A stretch of DNA of 34,609 nt from NCBI GenBank assembly GCA_049966395.1, contig JBMFUT010000004.1, positions 1-34,609 on the forward strand, written 5' to 3'. The notes below the pieces were generated by a model. It had not been told where the DNA came from. It did not search any database and saw only the letters and a list, made by a program, of their open reading frames with translations. A program made the translations under genes and the position numbers. Shown here one piece after another: positions 25,693-34,554 of the stretch (position 1 is the first letter of the stretch; the number at the start of each line of letters is the position of its first letter). This DNA is from Candidatus Micrarchaeia archaeon (GTDB taxonomy: Archaea > Micrarchaeota > Micrarchaeia > Micrarchaeales > CABMGC01).

Positions 25693-27825
25693 CTATTTAT
25701 TTCCCTTTCCTTTCTTTTTACGCTCTTCTTCTTCCCTTCTGCGTTTCTCTTCTTCTTCCCTTCTGCGTTTCTCTTCTTCCTTTAATTGCTCTATTTTTGC
25801 CCTGTTATCTTCAAAGCTCTCTTCTGTTTTAAAATTTATTCCCTGGCGCTCAATCTCCTTAGAAACTCTCTTGTACTCTGGTGTCTTCTGGGCTTTCATT
25901 TGCTCTGTAATTCTCTGCTTCACTTCGTTTCTTATGCGCTTCAATGCATCGTTGTATTCTTCAGAGCCCTCTTTAAACCCTGAAAGTTCTGATATTTTTG
26001 CCTTGATGAACGAGTCTTGGGTTTCTGTCTTAAAACTGCCCAATACTTCGTTTGCATGCATAACGTCCTCAGCGTCAGATGCAATCTTTTTTCCAAATTC
26101 GGATTTTCCTTTGAGGTTTTCGAGCGTGTTTCTTTCGTCATCTGTAAGGTCTCCTGCATGGGCGCCGCCCCTTATCTTTTTTATCAACTTGCTCTCGTCA
26201 TCTGTAAGTTTTTCATTCTGCGGAAGTTTGTTTATGTCGTTGTTTAGATTATTTATTGCGGTGTCATTAGCTTTGATATTGTTCCTGATTTCGTTAGCGC
26301 CAATAACCATTTCAGCGTTTAAAGCGATGTTCTTTCCAAGATCTGATTTCTCCTTGAGGTTTTCGAGCGTTGCCTTTTCCTTCTTGGTAAGACCTCCTGC
26401 AAGCAAATCCCTCTCTTCTTTGGTGATTGAGTCTGTGCCACGCTTTGATAAGTTAAGGTCTGAAATTCTCTTCACCTTTTCTATCACTTTGTTTTCTTGA
26501 TCCGTAAGTTTTTCGTTCGGAGGAAGTAAGCTCAGGGACGCGAGCATATTATCTGTCTTTTCTTTTATGAAAGCGTCATCGGCCCTGAGTCTTTCCATTC
26601 TTTCGTTTGCCTTCATGACCTTTTCTACATTGGAAGCGATTTTCTTTCCTGCATCAGATTTTTCCCTGAGCTTTTCGAGCGTGTCTCTTTCTTGCTGTGT
26701 AAGCTGTTCGGAATATGCGCCGCCCCTTATCTTTTTTATCAATCCAGATTCTTCGTCTGTAAGTTTTTCGTTTTTAGTGAGTCTGTCTATGTTCCTGAGC
26801 CTGCGCTCGAGTTCTTCTCTGCTCTTTGCCCGCTGACTTATTAGTTCAGCGGAAGAAGAAGATAAATTCAGCAGCGCTGCGTCTTCTGCGCTGTACTTGT
26901 TGGGATTGTACACAAATCTGTTCAATACCGGAATGTTCTTTTCCTTTTCCACTATGTTTTTTATTATCTCTTTCTTTTCCTCGTGCTTCTCTGCAGCTTT
27001 CGAAACTTTTTCAAGCGACCTGCTCCTCTTCTCTGCCAGCTTGTCTATTTTGTCCTGCTTTGACAGATTTCCAGTGGCTGCTATGTTGGCTTCTACTCTC
27101 CTCTGTTTTTGATCTATTTTTTCCGCCTTCTTCTCGTATTTTTCAATCCGCTTATTTACTCTCTTTGCGCTATGCAGACCATAGCCAGTAGCCAGCACGA
27201 CAGCCTGCTTTACTCTTCCGTATTTCTGCTTAGAAGGAGTAGGCTGGCGGGCGCCGCTTATTACATTCGCACTTGTTGGTGAACTAGTTGAATTTCCAGC
27301 TGATTTGCTTGAGTTACCGCTGCCCTTGCCACCTATGTTGCCAGCGCCTGCGCCAATGGCAGCGCCTCCTACGGCGCCGGCGGTGCCGGCTGCCGCCAAT
27401 GTTTTGCCACTGCTTCCAGCATTGCCTGCAACGCCAAGCGTATTTGCTGTTGATGGATTAGTGGTGTTTTTCGTTTTACTTCCTGTTATGATCTGATTCA
27501 TCATATTGTTTATATTTTTTTTCTTAGCTTTGTTTTGCTTAATTTCTTTGATTTTGTTTGAAGCTTTGTTTGTTATTATTTTCCCAACTGGACCGCCCCT
27601 TACTTTTGCGTTGGCGGTTGTCTTTAATGGATTTTGCTTTGCCAAACTGCCTCTGGTAGAGACGCCCATTAGAGCAGCAACGCCAAAAACATTGAATATA
27701 TCATAGCCGCGCATTGACGCACCTGCGGCGGCGATAAGTATTATTATTACTATTATAGGAATTAGCATGTTTATGGCTCCAAGGCTTAATGCCACGGCGA
27801 CTATGGCGAACATCCCTAGAATCAT
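25693..27825 (-). CDS. 710-aa membrane-anchored low-complexity/repeat protein
   Basis: N-terminal TM helices, G/A/S-rich linker, K/E-rich coiled region, three internal repeats, C-terminal EEEEKRRR repeats. Confidence 0.8.
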   Translation of the reverse strand: MILGMFAIVAVALSLGAINMLIPIIVIIILIAAAGASMRGYDIFNVFGVAALMGVSTRGSLAKQNPLKTTANAKVRGGPVGKIITNKASNKIKEIKQNKAKKKNINNMMNQIITGSKTKNTTNPSTANTLGVAGNAGSSGKTLAAAGTAGAVGGAAIGAGAGNIGGKGSGNSSKSAGNSTSSPTSANVISGARQPTPSKQKYGRVKQAVVLATGYGLHSAKRVNKRIEKYEKKAEKIDQKQRRVEANIAATGNLSKQDKIDKLAEKRSRSLEKVSKAAEKHEEKKEIIKNIVEKEKNIPVLNRFVYNPNKYSAEDAALLNLSSSSAELISQRAKSREELERRLRNIDRLTKNEKLTDEESGLIKKIRGGAYSEQLTQQERDTLEKLREKSDAGKKIASNVEKVMKANERMERLRADDAFIKEKTDNMLASLSLLPPNEKLTDQENKVIEKVKRISDLNLSKRGTDSITKEERDLLAGGLTKKEKATLENLKEKSDLGKNIALNAEMVIGANEIRNNIKANDTAINNLNNDINKLPQNEKLTDDESKLIKKIRGGAHAGDLTDDERNTLENLKGKSEFGKKIASDAEDVMHANEVLGSFKTETQDSFIKAKISELSGFKEGSEEYNDALKRIRNEVKQRITEQMKAQKTPEYKRVSKEIERQGINFKTEESFEDNRAKIEQLKEEEKRRREEEEKRRREEEERKKKGKGNK
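25723..25779. repeat. 24-bp tandem repeat (about 2.4 copies) encoding EEEEKRRR
   Basis: CTCTTCTTCTTCCCTTCTGCGTTT repeated exactly twice plus partial copy. Confidence 0.9.
26047..26772 (-). repeat. Three internal protein repeats (NEKLTD...KS..GK.IA....V..ANE)
   Basis: Copies at about 26602-26772, 26290-26517 (with insertion) and 26047-26217. Confidence 0.85.
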
Positions 27826-28003
27826 TCAGATCATCAATATAATATTAGGCATTTTTCATATAAAAAACTATGTTTTGTTTTGCGCTTGCATCAGAGTGAA
27901 AGGCGCTAACACTTGCGGTTTTGCACTATGTTTTTAGACATTGCACCAATAGTATAGTTACGTTTTTATATCAGAAAAGGCGGGATATCTTCTGGTTTTT
28001 ATA

Positions 28004-28963
28004 ATGGTTGCGCTCAAGGAGTTGCAAAGATATAGCGTAATTAGCCAAGGGGAAGTCAGACTTTATTATGCAGAGGAAGGAGCAAAAATAAAGATCGCAG
28101 AAAGTGCAATTAGGGATCTAATACATGACATGTACCGCAGCTATGAGACGGCAGGAATGCTTGCTGGGAATGTGGGCTCTGATGGCACCATTTTGTTCAC
28201 GAAATACATTAAGGCGGAGGGTGTCATCAGGTATTCTGCTTCTGTACACCAAAAATTTCAGACATACAAAGAACAGCTAGAGAAGATTGCAAGCGAGGGG
28301 TATGATGCTGAGATATCACTGCACACCCACCCTATAATTGACAAGCACAGCATCGGCAGCACTGAGATGCTAATGATAGAAAAGCGCGGGCTCAATAATC
28401 TAGATAAAAAGGCTGCGATGTTATTCCATAAGCCTACTGCTGAAGAGATTGGCTTTCGCGCTGCTTTCGAGGGCGTTTTTGAGATACGTTTCAGAATACA
28501 AGAAGATAATGAAGTTGTAACCGCAACAGATATTGCCATATTCGACATTGACAAAAGCACTGAAAGTACTGAAAATTTCACTATAGTCCATGATGAAAAC
28601 GCAGAGAAAAGGTATTTGCTTAAAAAGGTTTTCCGCTCCTCACGAAAACTTGTAGAAGGTATTAGCGCCAAGATCAGAGATCCGCTTACTACAAAGCTGG
28701 TAAATATAGAAATTCCATTTGGAAGCCAGGCACCTGACGATTTTAGCAACATAAAAACATTGCTGGCTTTGGCCAAAGTGCCAGAGGAGAAAGTTACTGT
28801 AAGCATAAACGGTGATAAGCTTAACGTTACCTTCAAAAGCACGCCTTTTACTAGATTGCAACGCAAAGAAGAACAGATTGTGGAAAATATTTTAAAGGTC
28901 ATTGGAGGCTTCACTAATAAATCTTACACATTAGAAAATGAAACTGAATTAGACAACCAGTAG
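28004..28963 (+). CDS. JAB/MPN-like domain protein with unknown C-terminal domain
   Basis: E48 in [10 protein letters not shown]107-T-H109-P; possible shifted PTAEE third-ligand motif. Confidence 0.6.
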   Translation: MVALKELQRYSVISQGEVRLYYAEEGAKIKIAESAIRDLIHDMYRSYETAGMLAGNVGSDGTILFTKYIKAEGVIRYSASVHQKFQTYKEQLEKIASEGYDAEISLHTHPIIDKHSIGSTEMLMIEKRGLNNLDKKAAMLFHKPTAEEIGFRAAFEGVFEIRFRIQEDNEVVTATDIAIFDIDKSTESTENFTIVHDENAEKRYLLKKVFRSSRKLVEGISAKIRDPLTTKLVNIEIPFGSQAPDDFSNIKTLLALAKVPEEKVTVSINGDKLNVTFKSTPFTRLQRKEEQIVENILKVIGGFTNKSYTLENETELDNQ

Positions 28964-28997
28964 ACTTTTGCTTTTGCCTGTGCATATTTTTTACTTA

Positions 28998-29028
28998 TGC
29001 AAATAGGTTTTGCAAAAAGTATTTTATA
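28998..29028 (+). promoter_or_regulatory. Inverted repeat TGCAAA-N5-TTTGCA abutting putative BRE/TATA of sod
   Basis: 28998-29014 inverted repeat followed by AAAAGTATTTTATA about 30 nt before the sod ATG. Confidence 0.35.
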
Positions 29029-29058
29029 CATTGCATTTCACATTTCGTTGGTGGAAAT

Positions 29059-29700
29059 ATGGCGGAAACGCAGCAAAATCTTTTCAAAAAATATGAGATA
29101 AAACCCTTGCCTTATTCTTTGGATGCGCTGGAGCCTTACATAAGTAAGGACATACTTGACGTGCATTACAACGGGCACCACAAGGGATACGTGAACACTG
29201 TGAACAAGCTTGTGGACAGATTTGAAAGTGTTGTCAAGGGCGACGCAACAAGCTACGACATACAGGGCATTGTAAGGGGGATAGTATTCAACCTTAATGG
29301 GCATAAGCTGCATTCGCTTTATTGGAACAACATGGCCGAGGAGGGCAAAAGGGGCAAGCCTGGGGGCATGATAGCAGATCTCATAGAGAAGCAGTACAAG
29401 AGCCTTGACAGGTTCAAGCAGGTGCTCTTTGAAACAGCAAACTCTCTCCCTGGTACGGGATGGACGACGCTCAACTACGACGTGGAGAATGGAAATCTCC
29501 AGATAATGACTTATGAGAACCACTTCATGAACCAGATTGCAGAATTGCCGATAGTGCTCATACTGGACGAATTTGAGCATGCCTACTATTTGCAGTACAA
29601 AAACAAGCGCGCCGACTATGTTGACGCGTGGTGGAATCTGATAAACTGGGACGACGTAGAAAATAGGTTGCAGAAGGCAATAAACAGGAGCAAGCTCTAG
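29059..29700 (+). CDS. sod: Fe/Mn superoxide dismutase
   Basis: [43 protein letters not shown]. Confidence 0.97.
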   Translation: MAETQQNLFKKYEIKPLPYSLDALEPYISKDILDVHYNGHHKGYVNTVNKLVDRFESVVKGDATSYDIQGIVRGIVFNLNGHKLHSLYWNNMAEEGKRGKPGGMIADLIEKQYKSLDRFKQVLFETANSLPGTGWTTLNYDVENGNLQIMTYENHFMNQIAELPIVLILDEFEHAYYLQYKNKRADYVDAWWNLINWDDVENRLQKAINRSKL

Positions 29701-29868
29701 CTGCATTGACCAGCTTTCGAATCTACGCCGGCTTCGGAACTTTATCTAGCATTGAGGGCTCCAAACGGGCCGGCATCGCGCGGCTAAACAGCTTGGAATT
29801 TGATGGGCTTTTGTTTCATATTATTTTATATTTTTCCGGTAAAAAATGATGCGGAAGAAGGTGCAAAA

Positions 29869-30153
29869 ATGAGACTTGTAAAACATGGGAGGGATCATCC
29901 GTTCGCCGTGAAGCTTGGCGACTTGCCTGGATTTGCCGGCATTGCAGGGGATGCATAAAAGGCTAAGAACTACGAAGTGCACATCTGCGCATGCGGCTTG
30001 TCAAAACACAAGCCTTTTTGCGATGGATCGCACATGCACGCCAAGAACGAAGAAGCTGGCAAGGTATTTGCCTATGGCAATAACTACAAGAAGCTTGACA
30101 TAACGAGCAATGTCAAGGAAATTGCAGAAGAGCTGCCAGACGAGTACGAATGA
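29869..30153 (+). pseudogene. CDGSH iron-sulfur domain protein interrupted by in-frame TAA (29956-29958)
   Basis: MRLVKH...GDA*KAKNYEVHICACGLSKHKPFCDGSH...DEYE; GAAGGTG SD before ATG. Confidence 0.85.
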
Positions 30154-30160
30154 TGACTAA

Positions 30161-30417
30161 ATGGCTTGCATAGTGTGCGGCTTTGAAATGGTCAATATAC
30201 AGGCATGCCACTTGCGCTGCCCCAATTGCGGTGCTGAAATAANNNNNNNNNNNNNNNNNNNNNNNNNNNNNNNNNNNNNNNNNNNNNNNNNNNNNNNNNN
30301 NNNNNNNNNNNNNNNNNNNNNNNNNNNNNNNNNNNNNNNNNNATGGTCAATATACAGGCATGCCACTTGCGCTGCCCCAATTGCGGTGCTGAAATAATCT
30401 GTGGAGAAGGGCATTGA
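30161..30417 (+). CDS. Small CPxCG-type Zn-finger protein (33 aa once gap duplication is collapsed)
   Basis: Merged reading MACIVCGFEMVNIQACHLRCPNCGAEIICGEGH; starts 7 nt after CDGSH stop. Confidence 0.65.
30188..30397. other. Scaffold gap (100 N, 30243-30342) flanked by exact 55-bp duplication
   Basis: 30188-30242 identical to 30343-30397. Confidence 0.95.
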
Positions 30418-30488
30418 GCGCGTTACTTATTTCGCGCATATATTTTATAATGTTCTTAGATAATTAATTGCAGCGCAGTGATCTTGAT

Positions 30489-32171
30489 ATGAAAAAGAGC
30501 AATAAGCCTAGGGGGCGCTTTCAAACAAATAAAACTTCAGCAAAGAGCCCTGTCAAAAAGACTAGAAAGTTTGGCTTTTATGCGCTCGCCCTCTGCGCCA
30601 TACTTGTATTTGCGACTTTTCTTTCTTTGTTCTTCTTCTACGGTCCAAGCCCGATAAACGGGTCAGACAACTTTTTGTACGTGGATTTCGGCTACTACCT
30701 TTCGGTAGGCAATTTCCAGAAGGTGGCGCAGTGGGGTATACTAGCACAGCAGTACATACTTGACGCAGGGATAGCCCTGTTCTTCCTGTTTCTCGGTCCT
30801 GGCAGATTTTCATCGTCGCTTTTCGGCGTACTTTGCTTCCTCCTGACCATTTTCACGCTTTACAAGATGGGGTCGCTGCTTTACAATAGGAAGGCGGGGC
30901 TGCTGGCGGCCTTTTTTTATTCGTTCAACCCGATAGCTGTGGTCAATAGTTCATATGTAGGTGACAATGGACCAATGGCATTTTTTGCAACGCTTACTGT
31001 TTTTTTCCTTGCCAAAGCGATCAAAAGCAAAGGGATTGACCAAAAGCGCAATTACGCACTTTCTGGCTTCTTCGGATTAATCATATTGTTGACAACCTCT
31101 CAAGGCATAATAATACTCATTGTGCCTGCCATAGTGCTGCTGGCTTACCTGATAAAAGACAGGAATAAAGCTGCAATCGCAAAGATTCTGTATTTTGCCA
31201 TTGGTATTGCCCTGGCTTTTGTGATAATAGCAGTGCTCGGTTATGCGGCTGCCTCGAATCCGCTTTACATATTTTCATTGAATTCGCACGTGTATTCTGC
31301 ATCCCAGATGCCAAAGCCGCAACTCATGACCTACATTGGGTATCTGTTCTCTTTCAATGTCGCCTGGAACTTGAGCAACATTCTTGCCATGGCGCGAGCG
31401 CACTCTGGCCTGATATCCATACTCCAATACGTCAGGTATTGGCTGTTCAACGCGAGCACATTCAACTACGCCGTGTGGCAAACAGTGGGGTTATTCGGCT
31501 ATGCAACAGTAATCGCAGTCATTTACCTTTTCGTAAGGCGCAACCTACGCTTCTGGCTGCCTGGGCTTTGGTTTTTGTCTACATTGCTGTACTTGGGGTG
31601 GGGCACAGTAAGCATAACAAGGTACATACCAATAGGCTATTCATATAGCCGATTCACCCTGCTTTTCATGCCGGCGCTTGCCTTGATAATGGGTTTTGCT
31701 GCTGCTGACATATGCGATTTTGGAAAAAACGGGCACGAAAAGGCTTCAGGCACCACGATAGCCACAAGGTACGCACTTAATATTGCACTTGCGGCTGTTG
31801 CTGTTGTGCTTCTAGCCAATTCTGTGCTTGCAATAAGGTATATAGACTTGTCTCAGTTCTATTGGGTCTACAACTTAATAGCCATAGGAAACTACATCAA
31901 AATGCTACCCAGCAGTGCCATCATATATTCAAACTATCCGATAGAGGAATATTCAGGCTTTTCCCATACTGTCGCCTTCATACCTGAGAACTGCACAGAT
32001 TTGAGCAACGGAAGTTATGTTGTTGCGAACTACAGCGTAAGTTTTGCTTCTGAATGCAATCTAAGCGTTGTTTTCAGGCCAGTACCGCCCCAGTATTTGA
32101 AGAATTATGACATGTTCAGGAGCGCCGCATGGGGTACCTTCTACAATATGACACTTTACTATCACAAATAG
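30489..32171 (+). CDS. GT39/ArnT-like membrane glycosyltransferase
   Basis: GSD loop, RKAGLLAAFFYSFNP, D-x-P-MAFF, YSRFTL; many TM helices and extracellular C-terminus; ATG 30489. Confidence 0.82.
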   Translation: MKKSNKPRGRFQTNKTSAKSPVKKTRKFGFYALALCAILVFATFLSLFFFYGPSPINGSDNFLYVDFGYYLSVGNFQKVAQWGILAQQYILDAGIALFFLFLGPGRFSSSLFGVLCFLLTIFTLYKMGSLLYNRKAGLLAAFFYSFNPIAVVNSSYVGDNGPMAFFATLTVFFLAKAIKSKGIDQKRNYALSGFFGLIILLTTSQGIIILIVPAIVLLAYLIKDRNKAAIAKILYFAIGIALAFVIIAVLGYAAASNPLYIFSLNSHVYSASQMPKPQLMTYIGYLFSFNVAWNLSNILAMARAHSGLISILQYVRYWLFNASTFNYAVWQTVGLFGYATVIAVIYLFVRRNLRFWLPGLWFLSTLLYLGWGTVSITRYIPIGYSYSRFTLLFMPALALIMGFAAADICDFGKNGHEKASGTTIATRYALNIALAAVAVVLLANSVLAIRYIDLSQFYWVYNLIAIGNYIKMLPSSAIIYSNYPIEEYSGFSHTVAFIPENCTDLSNGSYVVANYSVSFASECNLSVVFRPVPPQYLKNYDMFRSAAWGTFYNMTLYYHK

Positions 32172-32203
32172 CCATAGGAATCTTTAAATATCTAGAAAAA
32201 GCA

Positions 32204-33313
32204 ATGAATATAGGTATCATGCAGGGGACTCTGCAGTTTCTAGGGCTGGGCTTGGCCGCGCTGAGGGACAACATAGCGCCGCTTGACAAGCCTTACAAGC
32301 TAAACTTCGCGATAACCTACAGATGCCAGTCAAGGTGCCTGACGTGCAACATATGGCAGCTTAAGCCCACGAACGAACTTGGGCTTGACGAGATAAGGAA
32401 GTTCGCAGAAAAGAACAACTACTTCAAATGGATAGGCATAACAGGGGGAGAGCCGTTCCTAAGGAGCGACATTGCAGAAATAGTTGAGGCTTTTGCGAAG
32501 AACAGCAAGGGGCTTTACCTTCTTACAATACCCACCAACTCTCTGACAAACAAGGAAACAATACTCTCGAGGCTTGAAAAAATGCTCAGCTTGGGCATAC
32601 CAAAAGTAGTCATAACGCTGAGCCTTGACGGCTACAGGGAGCTCCACGACAAGGTAAGGGGCGTGCCCGGAAACTACGACAAGGTAATGGCTCTGGCGAG
32701 GTCTTTCAGGGAGCTTCGGAAGAGGTACCACAACCTGTCTTTCGTTTTCGGCTACACTGTAAGCAGGTTCAACCTCGGCCAGTTAGAAGCGACATACCAG
32801 GCAGTAAACAAGGAGCTCGGCAACGTGAGCAGAGATGACTTCCACATAAACATAGCTCAGATATCCGACATATACTACAACAATGCCAGCAACGGCGTGG
32901 AGCCCGGCAGGGAGGTACTTGCTAAGGAGCTTGAGGATTTCGTAAGCAGGCGCTCTGGCAGGATGGACGCCATGCAGCTTGTTGAGGAGGTCTTCCAGAG
33001 AAACCTCATAAAGTTTGCGAAAACGGGAAGATCCCCTATGAAAAGCAGAAGCCTCGACGCATCGCTCTTCATGGACAGCTACGGCAACGTCTACCCTAGC
33101 ATAATGTGGGGGAGGAAGATAGGTAACATAAGGGAAAGCAACTACGACCTGGTTCCGATATGGAAAGGCGACGAAGCTGAGGAAACTAGAAAGCTAATAG
33201 CAGCGAAAGCCGAACCTGAAGCGTGGACTTCCTGCGAGGCTTACCAGTCTATAGTGGGCAATATCCCAAGTTTTGCGAGCGTATTGCACAGCATGAAGAA
33301 AAAGAGCACTTGA
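32204..33313 (+). CDS. Radical SAM protein with degenerate SPASM/twitch domain
   Basis: CQSRCLTC (CxxxCxxC), TGGEPFLR, LSLDG, HDKVRG, GNVYPS..IGNI. Confidence 0.92.
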   Translation: MNIGIMQGTLQFLGLGLAALRDNIAPLDKPYKLNFAITYRCQSRCLTCNIWQLKPTNELGLDEIRKFAEKNNYFKWIGITGGEPFLRSDIAEIVEAFAKNSKGLYLLTIPTNSLTNKETILSRLEKMLSLGIPKVVITLSLDGYRELHDKVRGVPGNYDKVMALARSFRELRKRYHNLSFVFGYTVSRFNLGQLEATYQAVNKELGNVSRDDFHINIAQISDIYYNNASNGVEPGREVLAKELEDFVSRRSGRMDAMQLVEEVFQRNLIKFAKTGRSPMKSRSLDASLFMDSYGNVYPSIMWGRKIGNIRESNYDLVPIWKGDEAEETRKLIAAKAEPEAWTSCEAYQSIVGNIPSFASVLHSMKKKST

Positions 33314-33409
33314 TTGCCTGCCACTAATGCTTGGAAATGTGATTTCTTGAATGGCATAAAGCAGAAATTATATACAGACGTTGTGCACTAGTAATTCGGT
33401 AGATTTGCA

Positions 33410-34447
33410 ATGGCAAGCAAAAACGATGAGATTGAAAGGGCAATAGCAGCTGCGATGAAAAACTATCGCATACCAGGATTGGCTGCTGGAATATTCAAGA
33501 ATGAACGTGTAGTCTTTGCCAAGGGCTACGGAGTTGCTAGCTTAGAACTTGGCACTCCGATAAGCTTGGACATGCCGTTCAGGATAGGTTCGATAAGCAA
33601 ATCTTTCACCGCCGCGGCAATACTTATGCTTGCGGAAAAAGGGAAACTTAGGCTTGACGATAGCATAGCCAAATTCTTTAGCAATGCACCTGCAGCATGG
33701 AGAAGCATAACTGTAGAAGACCTTCTTGCGCACAGGTCAGGGATAGCAGACTATTCCAACAAAAAATTCTCGAAACAAGGTGGCATTTTCGATTTAAGGC
33801 AAGATTTCAAAGAGTCTGAGTTGGCAAGGAGGTCTTACAGACTGCCTATTGAATTCAATCCAGGTAAAAAATTCTCCTACTCTAACACGAATTACATGCT
33901 GCTCGGCTTCATAATACGCAAGATTACTGGCGAATTCTATTACCGCTTTATCAAGAAAAGTATCTTGGCCCCGCTAGGTATGAATTCGGCAGCTGTTTAC
34001 AACCACAGCGAAATTGTCAATGGCAGACCGAGCGGATACGAATTTTCAGCAGGCAGAATTGCAAATGCCAGGTTTGTATCAGACACATTCAACAACACGG
34101 CCGACGGCGCCCTCTACTGCAACATATTTGACATGGCAAAATGGTTTTCTGCGCTGTACAATCACAAGGTTCTGAGCAAGAATTCTGTAGATCAGATGCT
34201 CAGCATAAAAACACCGATAAGGGGCTCGAATTACGGGTATGGCTACGGATGGTTTGTAAGAGAGAATAAAACGGGAAAGGTTGCAGAGCATACTGGCAGC
34301 TGGGGAGGTTTTACGGCAGTGATAAAAATGGATTTTGCCAGCAAGACGGCAGTTGCTGTATTTACAAATATATCAAGAGGCAGCTCAAGATGGCTTTTGG
34401 ATGAAGCAAGCAAAATCCTAGGATTGGCAGAAGCTGGCAAGTGTTGA
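33410..34447 (+). CDS. Serine hydrolase, beta-lactamase class C/PBP-like family
   Basis: FRIGSISK (SxxK), LLAHRSG, YSNTNY (YxN), HTG; no signal peptide. Confidence 0.92.
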   Translation: MASKNDEIERAIAAAMKNYRIPGLAAGIFKNERVVFAKGYGVASLELGTPISLDMPFRIGSISKSFTAAAILMLAEKGKLRLDDSIAKFFSNAPAAWRSITVEDLLAHRSGIADYSNKKFSKQGGIFDLRQDFKESELARRSYRLPIEFNPGKKFSYSNTNYMLLGFIIRKITGEFYYRFIKKSILAPLGMNSAAVYNHSEIVNGRPSGYEFSAGRIANARFVSDTFNNTADGALYCNIFDMAKWFSALYNHKVLSKNSVDQMLSIKTPIRGSNYGYGYGWFVRENKTGKVAEHTGSWGGFTAVIKMDFASKTAVAVFTNISRGSSRWLLDEASKILGLAEAGKC

Positions 34448-34554
34448 ACTAGACAGACTTAGCCTGATTTTTGCATTTGAACGAGGAGGCATTGCGCATT
34501 TTGTTTTGTGTTTGCGCCAGAAATCGAAGGCCTCATTCGTGTCGTATTTTCCAT

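Noticed and set aside
28258..28914. 218-aa antisense ORF (likewise 7110-7706, 18969-19511, 25871-26500)
   Set aside because: Ser/Phe/Leu-rich mirror translations of Lys/Glu-rich sense genes
29038..29706. 222-aa antisense ORF spanning all of sod
   Set aside because: Shadow frame of a well-supported gene; no motif or start signals
29701..29820. GC-richer intergenic stretch after sod with two GCCGGC words, possible ncRNA
   Set aside because: No recognisable 5S, SRP, C/D-box or tRNA features; pairing is weak
29915..30103. 62-aa ORF in the track
   Set aside because: Wrong frame; the CDGSH motif lies in the frame starting at 29869
30188..30397. 55-bp direct repeat as CRISPR repeat or att sites
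   Set aside because: Exactly abuts an N gap and lies inside a coding frame; best explained as assembly overlap
34472..34540. Possible nested stems (GAGGC/GCCTC, GCGCA/TGCGC) between hydrolase and tRNA-Arg
   Set aside because: Short stems expected by chance; no family match recognised
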